A stretch of DNA of 63,746 nt, filler included, from Salisapilia sapeloensis CBS 127946 (GCA_023334545.1; 19 parts of 19 records of this genome joined end to end with filler, not necessarily neighbours in it); one strand, 5' to 3'. Positions 49,521-60,449 are shown, numbered from the whole stretch's first letter. Translations and numbers: made by a program. The notes: generated by a model not told the origin, from the letters alone.

Positions 49521-49930
49521 TTAAGAATCATTTTTCTGCTCATCCTTCCAACCCACAGTGGTCGAATCATCCTGTCGGAGTCGCAATTCAGTCATCTTTA
49601 GCCAAGCCAGCTGCCGATCACGCTCTTGTTCTTTCAAATCAAGATCCACCGAGCTAGTCCTCCACACATTTTCAATGATCATATCCCATTCCTCTGAATC
49701 CGTCGAAGCACCTCGCATGATTGAACCTTCATCTGACGACTGGCCTCCAGACTCGATAATCGGAGTCTCACCATTGACGGATGTGAACCGGGCAAAAGCA
49801 TTCAGTGAACCTTCTGTCGAAGGGCTACGTTGATCAGAGTCAAACTCGTAGACTTCGCCTACACAAGATTCTCTGCCGGACCAAGCATCAAACTCTTCTG
49901 TCAGCTGTGAGATCCTAGACGGCTCACAGG
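49521..49930 (-). CDS. C-terminus of the multicopy family (copy C3)
   Basis: ERDRQLAWLKMTELRLRQDDSTTVGWKDEQKNDS*; collinear across the gap with the N-terminus at 50326. Confidence 0.7.
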
Positions 49931-50030
49931 NNNNNNNNNNNNNNNNNNNNNNNNNNNNNNNNNNNNNNNNNNNNTTAATTAATTAANNNNNNNNNNNNNN
50001 NNNNNNNNNNNNNNNNNNNNNNNNNNNNNN

Positions 50031-50326
50031 GAAATCGTTCCGTTGCCGACGATGACACGAGGCATTTGCCAGCCAGCACTGTCGGTGTATGAATCTTTCA
50101 CTACACGCCGAGGTGGATTTCGCTCTCGGTACATGGTCACACCATCGGATGACTTAATTGGCTTCCAGCGTCTACGGTCGAGTCCACGAGGTATCGACTG
50201 ATCAAATTCTTGAAAGTTTCGAAGCGCTTCGTGAACAAGGATCATCGAGATGCGCTTACAGTCTGTCTTTTTCTCCTCTGACAAAGTTAAATCTTCGTAT
50301 GCATTTGCCGCCCACCGAGTAGTCAT
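50031..50326 (-). CDS. N-terminus of an oomycete START-like/FYVE-type protein (copy N1)
   Basis: LTLSEEKKTDCKRISMILVHEAL..F...LDRRRWKPIKSSDGVTMYRER..MPRVIVGNGTI matches the family's N-terminal pattern; Inr/FPR-like TCTCATTCACAAAATTTC upstream. Confidence 0.65.
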
Positions 50327-50688
50327 CCGGTTACTGTCGGTGGTAGCGTGAAATTTTGTGAATGAGACCAATGTACACTACTAGTTGTCTGGGTGGAGAC
50401 GATACAGCGGGAAACATCACTGACGTGCTTCGTATACCACCCTTCTGTTGTATTTGACATGCCTTACACTACATACCCCCAGATACCTCGGACATAAATG
50501 AAAATATGGCCAGAAATCGGACGACAATTAAAATGATGTTCTATGTGCCACTAAACAGCGCCTATGCAAATGGTGCTCGTAAGAGGAGGCAAGGGGGGGC
50601 ATAGATACTCAAGTTGCTGACTCCAAATCATAAAACGACTTCAGACAATGTTCTCCACTTGATTTGCCCTGTTTTTAATTGTACTATC

Positions 50689-50965
50689 AAGGGGATCAAA
50701 ACTACTAAAAATTCTGCTTAAATTGAGCCTTTGCTTACGCTTAATATAAATTCAAGCCACCTTTGAAGGTGGCCAAAACAAAACTTAAGCAGACAAGCGA
50801 CTCTTCAAACGGCAAACTCCACTCCAACTTAATACACAAAAGTAAGCAAATGGACCTGCTCATTTGTAGCTTTGAACGGATTCACAATTGGAGCTCAAAC
50901 TTTGCGTAGAGTCAAAGCAATAGAAGGTTTAATATCAAAAGCAAAATTGTAACTTTGACCCCCTT
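50689..50965. mobile_element. Possible diverged MITE of the same family
   Basis: Ends AAGGGGATCAAAACTACTAAAAATT and AATTGTAACTTTGACCCCCTT resemble the TIRs at 14558/14778. Confidence 0.45.
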
Positions 50966-52024
50966 ATTTAGTCAAACCTTGTCGATTACCTTTCGCTTGA
51001 TTTCCCTCGGAAGCTGCAAAAGTTGCCAAAATGGTCGCAGTCGTAGAAGAGGAGAATATGGAGTGGCAGGCATGGTGGAAATCGTTTACTAGAAATCTAG
51101 ATCAAGTATTTAAACCAATTACTGTCCAGAAGATACTATTTTTACTGCCCTCACGGTTTCAAAGTTGCCCGCGATAGAACATGAGAGCATCAGGTGGCCG
51201 CCACGAGGGTATGTCATTTCCTCTTCAACTGGAGCAATTATCTATAGTACCGATAAACCTCATATTCCTGTCCTTCGCCGACATTATTTGCATGTTCATC
51301 GAAACATTTGAACTCACCTTCCGTCGTTCCAAAGATCGATGTAAAGTCGGATAAAAAGTCTATGAATGCTATCTTTGTATCAACAACAACTAATGTTGGC
51401 GGTATCGCTACGGACCACTTGGCTCATAGGAACTGAGATCGGAACATTTAAGTTAGGCTATCACTCGTCACGTGAGGTTCCTGCCATTGTGTGACAGGTG
51501 GCTGCTAGGTTTCAAGCTAAATGTTTGTATTTCATTTGATAACTGGATCTGCACCTACTCATGGACACCCGACCAATGGTAACCTAGAAGAAAATGAGTG
51601 ATGTTGCCTCGGTAGATATCACAGATAGGTAGGTGAAGATTTAATGCATTTACTTCACAAGTTTTCCTGTACCGCACAAGTGTTGTTTAAGTGCGCAATC
51701 GGCTCAGCTTGACTAAGAGGCTACTCTGAATGGTTATTAGCGCTCACATTAGGTAGATAATGATGTAAAGTAATAGACCAAGGTTTTAACAAAGAAACTA
51801 ACGTTGCTTTTTCATGTGCTCATCTAACAAATACATCTTTAAATAGTGGTTGAACGTTCACAATCCTACAAACTTCAGCTACATGGACCATTTTCTGTTC
51901 AAGGTATTTGATCTGATCTATCGCAAGTCAGGTTCTAAGGGACAGAAAGGACAATCTATGAAGTACGCCAGTGATGTTTCCCGCTGTATCGTCTCCACCG
52001 AGCGAACTGACGCTGCAACATCGT

Positions 52025-52041
52025 GTCATTTTCAATTTTGC
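52025..52041 (+). promoter_or_regulatory. Oomycete Inr+FPR core promoter
   Basis: GTCATTTTCAATTTTGC, ~24 nt upstream of ATG 52065. Confidence 0.7.
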
Positions 52042-52064
52042 ACGTTCATACTGCATTTAAAAAT

Positions 52065-52360
52065 ATGACGACGCAGTGGACAGCAGACGCATATGAAGGC
52101 TTTGCCCTCTCGGAGGAAAAGAAGGCTGATTGTAAGCGCATCTCGATGATCCTTGTTCACGAAGCGCTCAGACACTATCACAAATTTGATCGATCTGTAC
52201 CTCGCGAAATGGACAGCAAACGCTGGAAGCCAATTAAGTCATCCGATGGTGTGACCATGTACCGAGAGCGAAATCCACCTCGGCGTGTAGTGAAAGATTC
52301 ATACACCGACAGTGCTGGCTGGCAAATGCCTCGTGTCATCGTCGGCAACGGAACGATTTC
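52065..52360 (+). CDS. N-terminus of a START-like/FYVE-type protein (copy N2), divergent from N1
   Basis: MTTQWTADAYEGFALSEEKKADCKRISMIL...; the last 141 nt are identical to the reverse complement of 50031-50171. Confidence 0.65.
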
Positions 52361-52466
52361 NNNNNNNNNNNNNNNNNNNNNNNNNNNNNNNNNNNNNNNN
52401 NNNNTTAATTAATTAANNNNNNNNNNNNNNNNNNNNNNNNNNNNNNNNNNNNNNNNNNNNCTTAGT

Positions 52467-52484
52467 GCTCATTTCCACTTTTGC
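52467..52484 (+). promoter_or_regulatory. Oomycete Inr+FPR core promoter of the decarboxylase gene
   Basis: GCTCATTTCCACTTTTGC, differing at only two central positions from the subtilisin promoter; 41 nt before the ATG. Confidence 0.75.
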
Positions 52485-52525
52485 TCTCCATCCAGCAAGC
52501 GCTCGCAACTCGACTATAAACCAAA

Positions 52526-53062
52526 ATGGTTTTGACGATCCCAGGCTATCACACCAACACTCCGCTTCATCCGTCCTTCGATGAAGACATTCGTGACAAG
52601 CGTTTGATCTATCGATATGACGCAGTAGGAAAAGATGGTGCGCCACAAGAATGGCACTATGAAATTTACTTCCAGACTGAATCTCGGATGGTGTACACCG
52701 TTCATGGAGGTCCGTTAGCTGGTCGTCAAAATTATCAAACCGTTGCGTGGCAGTGCATTCGCCCAGGCGAAATATGGCAATGCAATTGGCTCGAAGAGAC
52801 CGGAACTATCGTGAGCATGGTGTACGACATCAAGAACAAAAAGATTACAACAATGGCTGGCTTTTCAAAAGGTCATTGGGAGCACAACGACCAATCGCTT
52901 GGGAACAAACGTAATCCAGAGGACTATGCACGCTGGAGAAAGCTTGCTGAATACGGCAACAACCGTGACCGTCTCATCTTGAGCGAACAGGCAGACGTCC
53001 TAGAAGTGCATACTGGTAAAGGTGACCTTGAGCCAGTGGATCCTAACTGTGAAACGCTATAA
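52526..53062 (+). CDS. Phenolic (ferulic/p-coumaric) acid decarboxylase, fungal type
   Basis: YRY substrate-binding motif, W.YE, VHGGPLAGRQNYQ, WQCNWLEETGT (catalytic Glu), FSKGHW, G.KRNPED..RWR.LA. The NTPLHPSFDEDIRD start and GDLEP end are as recalled for ascomycete PADs. Confidence 0.9.
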   Translation: MVLTIPGYHTNTPLHPSFDEDIRDKRLIYRYDAVGKDGAPQEWHYEIYFQTESRMVYTVHGGPLAGRQNYQTVAWQCIRPGEIWQCNWLEETGTIVSMVYDIKNKKITTMAGFSKGHWEHNDQSLGNKRNPEDYARWRKLAEYGNNRDRLILSEQADVLEVHTGKGDLEPVDPNCETL

Positions 53063-53227
53063 TCATGCCGACTTTTTGCTCCAGTTGTCACCAACAGGCA
53101 GTTCCTACTTGCAGCATACTTTAAGTGTACACGAAATATAGACATAGATGGCTGCAACATTGATAAACTTGCGGAATATATTGCCTCGTTACTCTCGATT
53201 GGTACACGAACTAAGTTTCTGAACAAC

Positions 53228-53989
53228 CTACTGAACATTGCCAGGCATGCCGCCGAGACCACTGAAGCCACCGCCTTGACCAAACGGTCTGTTTCTAATT
53301 CCTCCACGCATACTTCCGGGTCCAAACTGTCCACCGGCAAATCCTCCACCAGCACCTCCCGGTCCAGTTGGTCCGCCAACACCAACCTGGCCGAATTGAC
53401 CAACTACACTTCCGAAGCCTCCACCAACACCACCTTGACCAAACTGACCACCGACTCCGGCACCAAATCCTCCACCCGGCCCATTTGGTCCGCCAATGCC
53501 ACCTCCGAACCCTCCACCAGCGCCACCTTGACCGAACTGGCCACCTGCTCCGCCGCCTTGACCGCCTCCAGGTTGTGGTTGAGGTGTCGACACCGGCTGA
53601 CCACTTGGTGTTGTTTGTGCTGGTGTTGGTGCAGGTGCAGGTCCTTGCTGGTCATTGTCGCCACCTTGTCCTCCGTTTCCTTGGTTTCCCCCGACGCCTT
53701 GATTAGGAATAAGTTGTCCAGCAGCAGCATTTCCTTGACCTAGTCCTCCTTGACTAGTGCCTCCAATGCCCTGGACAATTTGTCCAGGTTGTCCAAACGT
53801 GGCTGGACCGAATGTGTTGCCACCTTGTCCAAATCCGCCTCCCAACTGCTCATCCATACGAAAGGGTCCACCCGGACCTGATCGCTGTTCTCGCACAGAC
53901 CGTGGTGGCATGCTTCGAGACTGCGCAGAAACGTTGTCCATGAGCATGGCACTGACAACACACAAGCTGAAGGCGATAGAAAGCTTCAT
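53228..53989 (-). CDS. Secreted Gly/Gln-rich low-complexity protein
   Basis: Signal MKLSIAFSLCVVSAMLMDNVSA; repeated GGQFGQGG-like units and a P/T hinge; 253 aa. Confidence 0.8.
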   Translation of the reverse strand: MKLSIAFSLCVVSAMLMDNVSAQSRSMPPRSVREQRSGPGGPFRMDEQLGGGFGQGGNTFGPATFGQPGQIVQGIGGTSQGGLGQGNAAAGQLIPNQGVGGNQGNGGQGGDNDQQGPAPAPTPAQTTPSGQPVSTPQPQPGGGQGGGAGGQFGQGGAGGGFGGGIGGPNGPGGGFGAGVGGQFGQGGVGGGFGSVVGQFGQVGVGGPTGPGGAGGGFAGGQFGPGSMRGGIRNRPFGQGGGFSGLGGMPGNVQ

Positions 53990-54444
53990 TTGTCTCGTAC
54001 AAGTGCTGATGAAAGTTTTTGGTGTAGCCGTCGCGAAGCAAAAGCCAAAGTGGGGAATCTAGCAATCGAAACAATTTGCTAGAAGCAAACCATCACCTTG
54101 ATGTGCTTGGCGTGTGACTTGTATAAGAGCACTTTGATGGAAGAGAAGGAATGCAGTCTCTCCGATCTTTTTTCCATCGCCATCGACTCTTTCAAGCAGA
54201 CATGATGTGACTGGTAACCTCGACCATGACCTCAAAAATCACAATAAAGATAGCAAGTCACATCACACGGACCGCGTACGACTAAGTCATGAATCCATCG
54301 ATTGATATGAGCTTTTCGTAGCTTTCCGAATGCACAATGAAAGATAGCGAGGCCTACGCAGAAGCTGTACCACTAAACAAATATGGTACCGCACGAGTGC
54401 CAGTATCGCATCCAACCACTTGACATCCGTGCAGCCATTGACCG

Positions 54445-56772
54445 ATGTTTCGACTCCGCCGCCGGTATGTGCAGCCTTTGCTGCAATCATGGCATGCGCG
54501 GTCTGCTGCAGATAAGATGCCATCTTTGCAATGGTTTTCGTCCAAGTCTGGTGCGAATGACGCGTCTGCATCGCTTGAAAATATCCGAAACCTTGGCATC
54601 CTGGCACACATCGATGCTGGCAAAACCACGACGACGGAACGCATGCTGTATTACGCAGGTGCAATTCAGCACATGGGTGAAGTCCATGACGGAGATGCAA
54701 CCATGGATTTTATGCCGCAAGAACGAGAACGAGGCATTACAATCGGCTCCGCTGCCATCTCCTTTGATTGGGATGATCAATACCGACTGAACTTGATTGA
54801 TACTCCAGGACATGTAGACTTTACAGTTGAAGTAGAAAGAGCTGTAAGAGTGTTGGATGGTGCAGTAGCGATTGTGGATGGTGTCGCAGGCGTTGAAGCA
54901 CAAACGGAGACTGTGTGGAGGCAGGCCGATCGATACAAAGTCCCTCGCATCGTGTTTGTGAACAAACTTGATCGGGATGGAGCTAGCTTCCCTCGGTCTT
55001 GTGAATCTATCGACAGTCGATTTGGTGTCACGACTCTACCTGTACAAATAGCTGTGGGTGAGGAAGAGGAATTTGAAGGGCTGGTAGACCTCGTTTCCAT
55101 GGAGCTTTTACGATGGGCAGACGACAATGGCGACCGTGTCCAGCGATTTCCACTTGTACAGACAAATGCAGGTAAAATGCAAGAGATCTACGACCGTGCA
55201 TTTGAAGCGAGACACTCGTTGATTGAAAAAGCAGCAGACTTTGATGACGAATTGGCCGAGCTCTTCTTGATGGAGGACGAAGTAGATGCAGATACGTTAC
55301 ATCAAGCTTTACGTCGTATCACTATATCCCAAAGGAATGCAAAAGCAGGTGACAGACGAGCTGTCATTGCCATGGGTGGAAGTGCTTTAAAGAACAAAGG
55401 CGTGCAGCCGCTTCTAGACGCGATTGGGCTTTACCTTCCCTCTCCTCTGGACGCTTCTCCATTCGAAACGCAAATTATAGCTACAGATAATAAGAAAAAG
55501 TCGAATGAGGAGGTACTGGCGATTGCGAAAGAAGGGCGGAAGGAGCTTCAAGAGGCTTCTGTGGACGGTCCGTTGATTGCACTCGCCTTCAAAGTGAAGC
55601 ACGATCGACAGCGTGGTCTCGTTGTCTTCTTCCGAGTCTATTCCGGCCAGCTATCAAATAAAGTACAGCTGATCAACACCACTCGAGGCGCAAAGGAACG
55701 ACTTACTAGGCTTATGCACGTCGCTGCCGATGACACGGCAGAAGTTGAAGTCGTGACTGCAGGTAACATCGGTGCGGCTGTCGGTCTCAAACACACTTTC
55801 ACGGGAGACACGCTCATCAGTGCCAAGTCCGCGAGTAAGGAGGAGAGCATCGTCTTGCCTGCCATTGACATCCCGAAACCAGTGTTCACGGCGTCCATCG
55901 AAGCCGAGTCGTCTGTCAAGCAAAAGGATTTAGACAACGCTCTGTACTATTTACAACGAGAAGATCCGAGCTTTGTCGTGTCCGTCGATGAAGACACGGA
56001 CCAGACACTCATCTCCGGCATGGGAGAGCTGCACCTTGACATTATCCGCGAACGACTGCGTGCCGACTATAAACTCCAACCAGCAGTCGGTGCGATGCGA
56101 GTTACCTTCCTCGAAGGTATTTTGCAGGCCACTGGTGACATGGAGTATGTGCACGATACCTTTTTGGGCGCCGAGCGGCAGTTTGCGAAGGTCGCTTTAT
56201 CGTTGCAGCCAACTGTGGATCATCATGACGATACAGTGGATGTGGATAGGCCGCAGATGAATAAGGTGGAGTGGGAAAACGCTAGTGAAAGCTCCCTTCC
56301 GCACGGCTTCCGACTCGCCATTGAGGAAGGAATTCATGCAGCACTTAGTAGAGGTGTTCTATCGACCAACCGAGTGACTTTTGTAAACGTTAAGGTCGAC
56401 GCACTTGCTTGTGAATTCGACACGGACTCCAACGCGAATGCATTTAGAGCCGCAGCGTCTTTAGCTACGAAAGAGGCTTTGAGGAATGCAGAGCCGACGG
56501 TACTGGAACCACTGATGAAGTTGGAAGTGCACGCGCCGGACCGATGTGTCGGAGACGTACTGTCCGACTTGACGTCTCAGCGCCGAGCCCACATCCAAGA
56601 GGTTGGAGCGCTTGGAGAGGAAGGAGAGAATACTGTCCAGCTAGGTAAATCGGTCGTGCATGCCAATGTACCGTTGGAGCACATGGTCGGATACGCGACG
56701 ACGTTGCGGTCGAAGACACAAGGAGAAGGCACCTTTAGCATGCAGTTCTTGCGGTACATTCCAAAGTCGTAG
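54445..56772 (+). CDS. GFM2: Mitochondrial elongation factor G2 / ribosome-releasing factor 2
   Basis: Arg-rich targeting peptide; AHIDAGKTTTTERMLYY, ERERGITI, DTPGHVDF, NKLD, GMGELHL, LEPLMKLEV, LRSKTQGEGTFSM. The divergent domain IV favours EF-G2 over EF-G1. Confidence 0.88.
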   Translation: MFRLRRRYVQPLLQSWHARSAADKMPSLQWFSSKSGANDASASLENIRNLGILAHIDAGKTTTTERMLYYAGAIQHMGEVHDGDATMDFMPQERERGITIGSAAISFDWDDQYRLNLIDTPGHVDFTVEVERAVRVLDGAVAIVDGVAGVEAQTETVWRQADRYKVPRIVFVNKLDRDGASFPRSCESIDSRFGVTTLPVQIAVGEEEEFEGLVDLVSMELLRWADDNGDRVQRFPLVQTNAGKMQEIYDRAFEARHSLIEKAADFDDELAELFLMEDEVDADTLHQALRRITISQRNAKAGDRRAVIAMGGSALKNKGVQPLLDAIGLYLPSPLDASPFETQIIATDNKKKSNEEVLAIAKEGRKELQEASVDGPLIALAFKVKHDRQRGLVVFFRVYSGQLSNKVQLINTTRGAKERLTRLMHVAADDTAEVEVVTAGNIGAAVGLKHTFTGDTLISAKSASKEESIVLPAIDIPKPVFTASIEAESSVKQKDLDNALYYLQREDPSFVVSVDEDTDQTLISGMGELHLDIIRERLRADYKLQPAVGAMRVTFLEGILQATGDMEYVHDTFLGAERQFAKVALSLQPTVDHHDDTVDVDRPQMNKVEWENASESSLPHGFRLAIEEGIHAALSRGVLSTNRVTFVNVKVDALACEFDTDSNANAFRAAASLATKEALRNAEPTVLEPLMKLEVHAPDRCVGDVLSDLTSQRRAHIQEVGALGEEGENTVQLGKSVVHANVPLEHMVGYATTLRSKTQGEGTFSMQFLRYIPKS

Positions 56773-56842
56773 ACGCATATAAATACCACAATAGAGTTTG
56801 TTAATGTGGTGTTTTGTTTATTCAGTGTTAGGCAAGTTGCCA

Positions 56843-57870
56843 TTAGAAAGTAGACGGAGTATATGTCGGGATCTTCGAACGAATGATTGAAAGCGCTTCA
56901 CGTCCACCATTCTGTTCAAGTGTCATCAACGTGTCTTCCACAGCTGAACGAAGCGACTTGGATAACAGTTTGCGATGGATTTGCTGAGTTATCTTTGGCA
57001 GATACGTATTCATTTCGCCTCCTACCACTTCGGAGATCAGACGCGTGGCTTCGAGAGCCATCAGGAAGATGTCTTCATCTTTCGCCATCAACGCCGATCG
57101 TAATTGTACGATGACTTGTGGAAGAATAGGCTGAAGCTTTTCATCGGCGTCTTCCTGTTGCATGAGTTCTCGAAACATAGCTCGAGATAGGAAGACGAAC
57201 GGATGTTCCGTTTCGTGGAAACCTTCCACACAAGTGATAAGGAGAGGATTGAAACTCACATCTACAGATTTCGGGAGTATACAGACATATTGTCAGCATA
57301 ACGGTAAGAAGCTTAGATGCACTTGTGGAGGTGTATACCTTCGACAGGTTGTGTCCAATGCAGGGCATTTCTGATGCTCCCGTGGTTGATACGACATGGA
57401 AGTGACCCGGCATCGTATGCACTGCTGAAGTTTCTATCAACAAATAATGTTAAGAAAAGCTAGAAGCGATATATGTAGCTGATAGTGTACGTCTTATGCT
57501 TTTTCTTGCCGGTTGTCCATACTGCAGCCTGCTTGTGTTTATTTAATGCTGCGGACGGTAGTGGATGTGCTTTCACCGCCGCTTTCTTCGTAGTAGTACT
57601 GTCTGCAGATGGAGTCGATTTGCGCTCCTGTACCTCTGGTGTAGCTCTCGAAGACCTTGCGCTTGATTGCAATGACTTGGAACTTGTAGAAGTTTTTTGG
57701 TTACTTGTCCTCGCCGCCACGTTATTAGATCTCTGCTTCGTAGTGGACGCTACGTGCTTGGGATCGGAAGGTATCTTCCTGCCTTCGTCATTATTATTTA
57801 ATACAGAACCTCTGCTAGAGGCAACCATCTTCTTCTTCGCATCTACCACAGGAGACATCTTGATGACCAA
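56843..57870 (-). CDS. PACRGL: PACRG-like protein, spliced
   Basis: Middle exon reads AYDAGSLPCRINHGSIRNALHW; last exon FNPLLITCVEGFHETEHPF...LEQNGG...IIRSKIPTY. Confidence 0.85.
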
Positions 57871-58011
57871 CTTCGCTACTACACTGCAGAAATAGCATCA
57901 AAGCAGGTCTATTCTTAGCCTGAGACACAGATCCGGCATTTACAACAATTCAAGACAGTCAGACACACAAATCCTTTTCATTCCGATACACTTTAGCGTC
58001 TAGTCCATCAC

Positions 58012-59166
58012 TTATAGATCCCATGCTCTATAAAACGGTAGGAGTTCATGGAAAGTTTCAAACCTCTCAACAAAGCCCGTTCGGTCGGTTGTCGAATACA
58101 AATTGTGTTCCTCTAGCTGCAAGAGAGCATGATGGCCTCTATCACCATGCTTGATGTTAAAGCGGAACTCCACAGTCGACTTCTCCATCGGGATTTTTAC
58201 ATGCACCTCATCTTTTTCCACTGAATACGTTCCTTCATGCACATTCTTCACTCGATTTCGGATCAACGGGATTGCCTCATGTGGTGGTTTAAACAACATG
58301 GCGTAGATCACAGAACCATCTCTTTGGAAACTAAAGTAGCGGTAATACACGACTTGCAGGACAGTCCCAGGTGTGATCTCCGGTGTCCACATGTTGAGTT
58401 CTGGATTTTTAAAGTAAAACACCTTGAGGTAGTACAGCCCGTGGTGCCTTACACGCGGTCTTTCGATAAACATGTGCCTCCAGTTGCGGAACTTTCGAGG
58501 CGCAAACTTCTTCGCTGCCTGTAAAGCTGCTGCCCGAGCGTTTTGGCTTGGATAGATACGACGACAGAGCGTCTCGGCCAACGCTTCCGAGGTGGAAGCA
58601 GCATGGAGGCGATGGCAGACACTAGTGCACTCACCAATTGTATCTTCATCAACAAAGCGCAGTACAGAAAGCAGAAGTACGTCCGGAAGGTTCAGAAACG
58701 CATGCTTTGCGTTCTCTGTGTCACAATCAAGTTAAAAGGAGGTACGATAATGATAAAAGAAAGATGATGGACGTACCTTTGGCCGCCAATGCAGCTGCTA
58801 CCTCTTCAGGGGACATGTCTGAATCTTCCTCTTCATTATCTGCGTCGTTATACGGTGTATCGTCGTCCCAAACACCGAGGGAAGCCTCAAGTTGGTCACT
58901 CAAATCCTCCTCCACATCCGTCTCTTCATTGTTCGGCGTATCGACGAAGGTTGCAACAGGTTGGTCATTCCTTGGTTGGCGTTGTTGGTTATTCACAGCC
59001 TCCGAACGAAGAATTTCGGCCATGTAGTCTGTCCTGTAGCCAATCATGACAATAGAGCGTCAGATTATACTAGCCGAAGGAATAAGAGGCTGACATACTG
59101 CATGGACTCGTGAAGAGCTTCCTGAAGAGCCTCTTCGTCTGCATCACGTCGTCTCTGTCCGCTCAT
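58012..59166 (-). CDS. FBXO9: F-box protein, FBXO9/Hrt3-like, two introns
   Basis: F-box FLNLPDVLLLSVLRFVDEDTIGECTSVC; WRHMFIERPRVR..G.Y; YYRYFSF..DG. Inferred start MSGQRRRDADEE at 59166, with a GT-AG intron joining to TDYMAE. Confidence 0.8.
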
Positions 59167-59398
59167 CCTTGGTCAAGTACGCACGTTCGTCGCAGTAGAA
59201 ATCGATTTCTGTGGTCTTGTCCAAGTCTGAACGATGATTGACTTAACACTACGTTTTTGTATGTGGCTGGAGGCGCGACCTCACAGGATGCAAGTAGAAT
59301 AAAATAGGTGACTCGGCTAAATTACAAATGGAAATGGAAACCTATGATACTGAGCGCTGGAGGCACGTCGGGTACTTTGATTTTCGTTTAAGGCACAC

Positions 59399-59557
59399 TC
59401 AAGTTGACTCTTCTTTTAATGAACCGATGTTCGCAATGACACCGGATTTCTGCTTGCGCATGTAAGGCAGCACAGCTTTCGTGACAGCAATGACACCAAA
59501 GACGTTCGTGTTGTATTGGCGGAACACTTCTTCGCGACTGCACTCTTCCACAGCTCC
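59399..59557 (-). pseudogene. Truncated short-chain dehydrogenase fragment
   Basis: GAVEECSREEVFRQYNTNVFGVIAVTKAVLPYMRKQKSGVIANIGS, then a stop before any YxxxK. Confidence 0.7.
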
Positions 59558-59657
59558 NNNNNNNNNNNNNNNNNNNNNNNNNNNNNNNNNNNNNNNNNNN
59601 NTTAATTAATTAANNNNNNNNNNNNNNNNNNNNNNNNNNNNNNNNNNNNNNNNNNNN

Positions 59658-59921
59658 CATTTGCCATCCAGCATTATCGGTGTAGGAATCTTTCACCACA
59701 CGTCGAGATGGGTGCCGCTCACGGTACATGGTCACCTTATTCGATGTCTTGATTGGCTTCCAACGCCTGCGATCGAAGCCACGGGGTTTTAACTCATCAA
59801 ACTCTTGAAAGTTTCGAAGTGCTTCGTGTACGAGTATCATGGCGATACGCTTGCAATCAGCCTTCTTCGCATCCGAGAGGTGGAAACCTTCGTACGCGTC
59901 TGCATTCCACTGCGTCGCCAT
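59658..59921 (-). CDS. N-terminus of a START-like/FYVE-type protein (copy N3)
   Basis: MATQWNADAYEGFHLSDAKKADCKRIAMILVHEAL...; TTCATTTCCAAATTTGC Inr/FPR upstream. Confidence 0.65.
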
Positions 59922-60449
59922 AAGTAAAGAAGATCCGTGCTAACGAACGTGCAAATTTGGAAATGAAGAGAAGACCCGGTATGAGCGCTTCAAGCGGAGA
60001 TGATATGGTGGTAACATATCTGGCGTGTCCAGCATACCGCCCTCTGTCGTGGATTATTTGCCTTGTTACCTGATATTGTAACATTCTGCAAAGATAAGAA
60101 CTATAGTCAAAGGGTTCAACGGTACAATAACTATGTTCATATTTACTTAAGCTGCAGGTGGGAGAATGATGTTGGCGAAATACAGGAAATTGAAGCTATA
60201 TAAATCTGGAGACGATGTCGAGGAAATGACGTCAGACCGTGCCAATCAGTTAGTCCTCTTCTATATTTCTATCGCAAGCGTCTTTGTAACTTGCGAGGGA
60301 ATAGAATCAAGTCCCATCCTCCTTGAGATCCTGGTAACAATAGTATATATATTCATATATACGGATATGAATTTGTGGTATATTTCGTTCATCTTTAGTG
60401 ATCGCAAACATCCAATGTCCAGCAAGGGAGACGTGCCCAACAATAAGTC

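Noticed and set aside
52526-53062. Bacterial or fungal contamination as the source of the decarboxylase
   Set aside because: It has an oomycete core promoter and shares a contig with spliced oomycete-like genes.
53880-53905. RSVR-EQR as an RxLR-dEER effector motif
   Set aside because: Not RxLR, and the downstream sequence is low-complexity Gly-rich rather than a helical effector domain.
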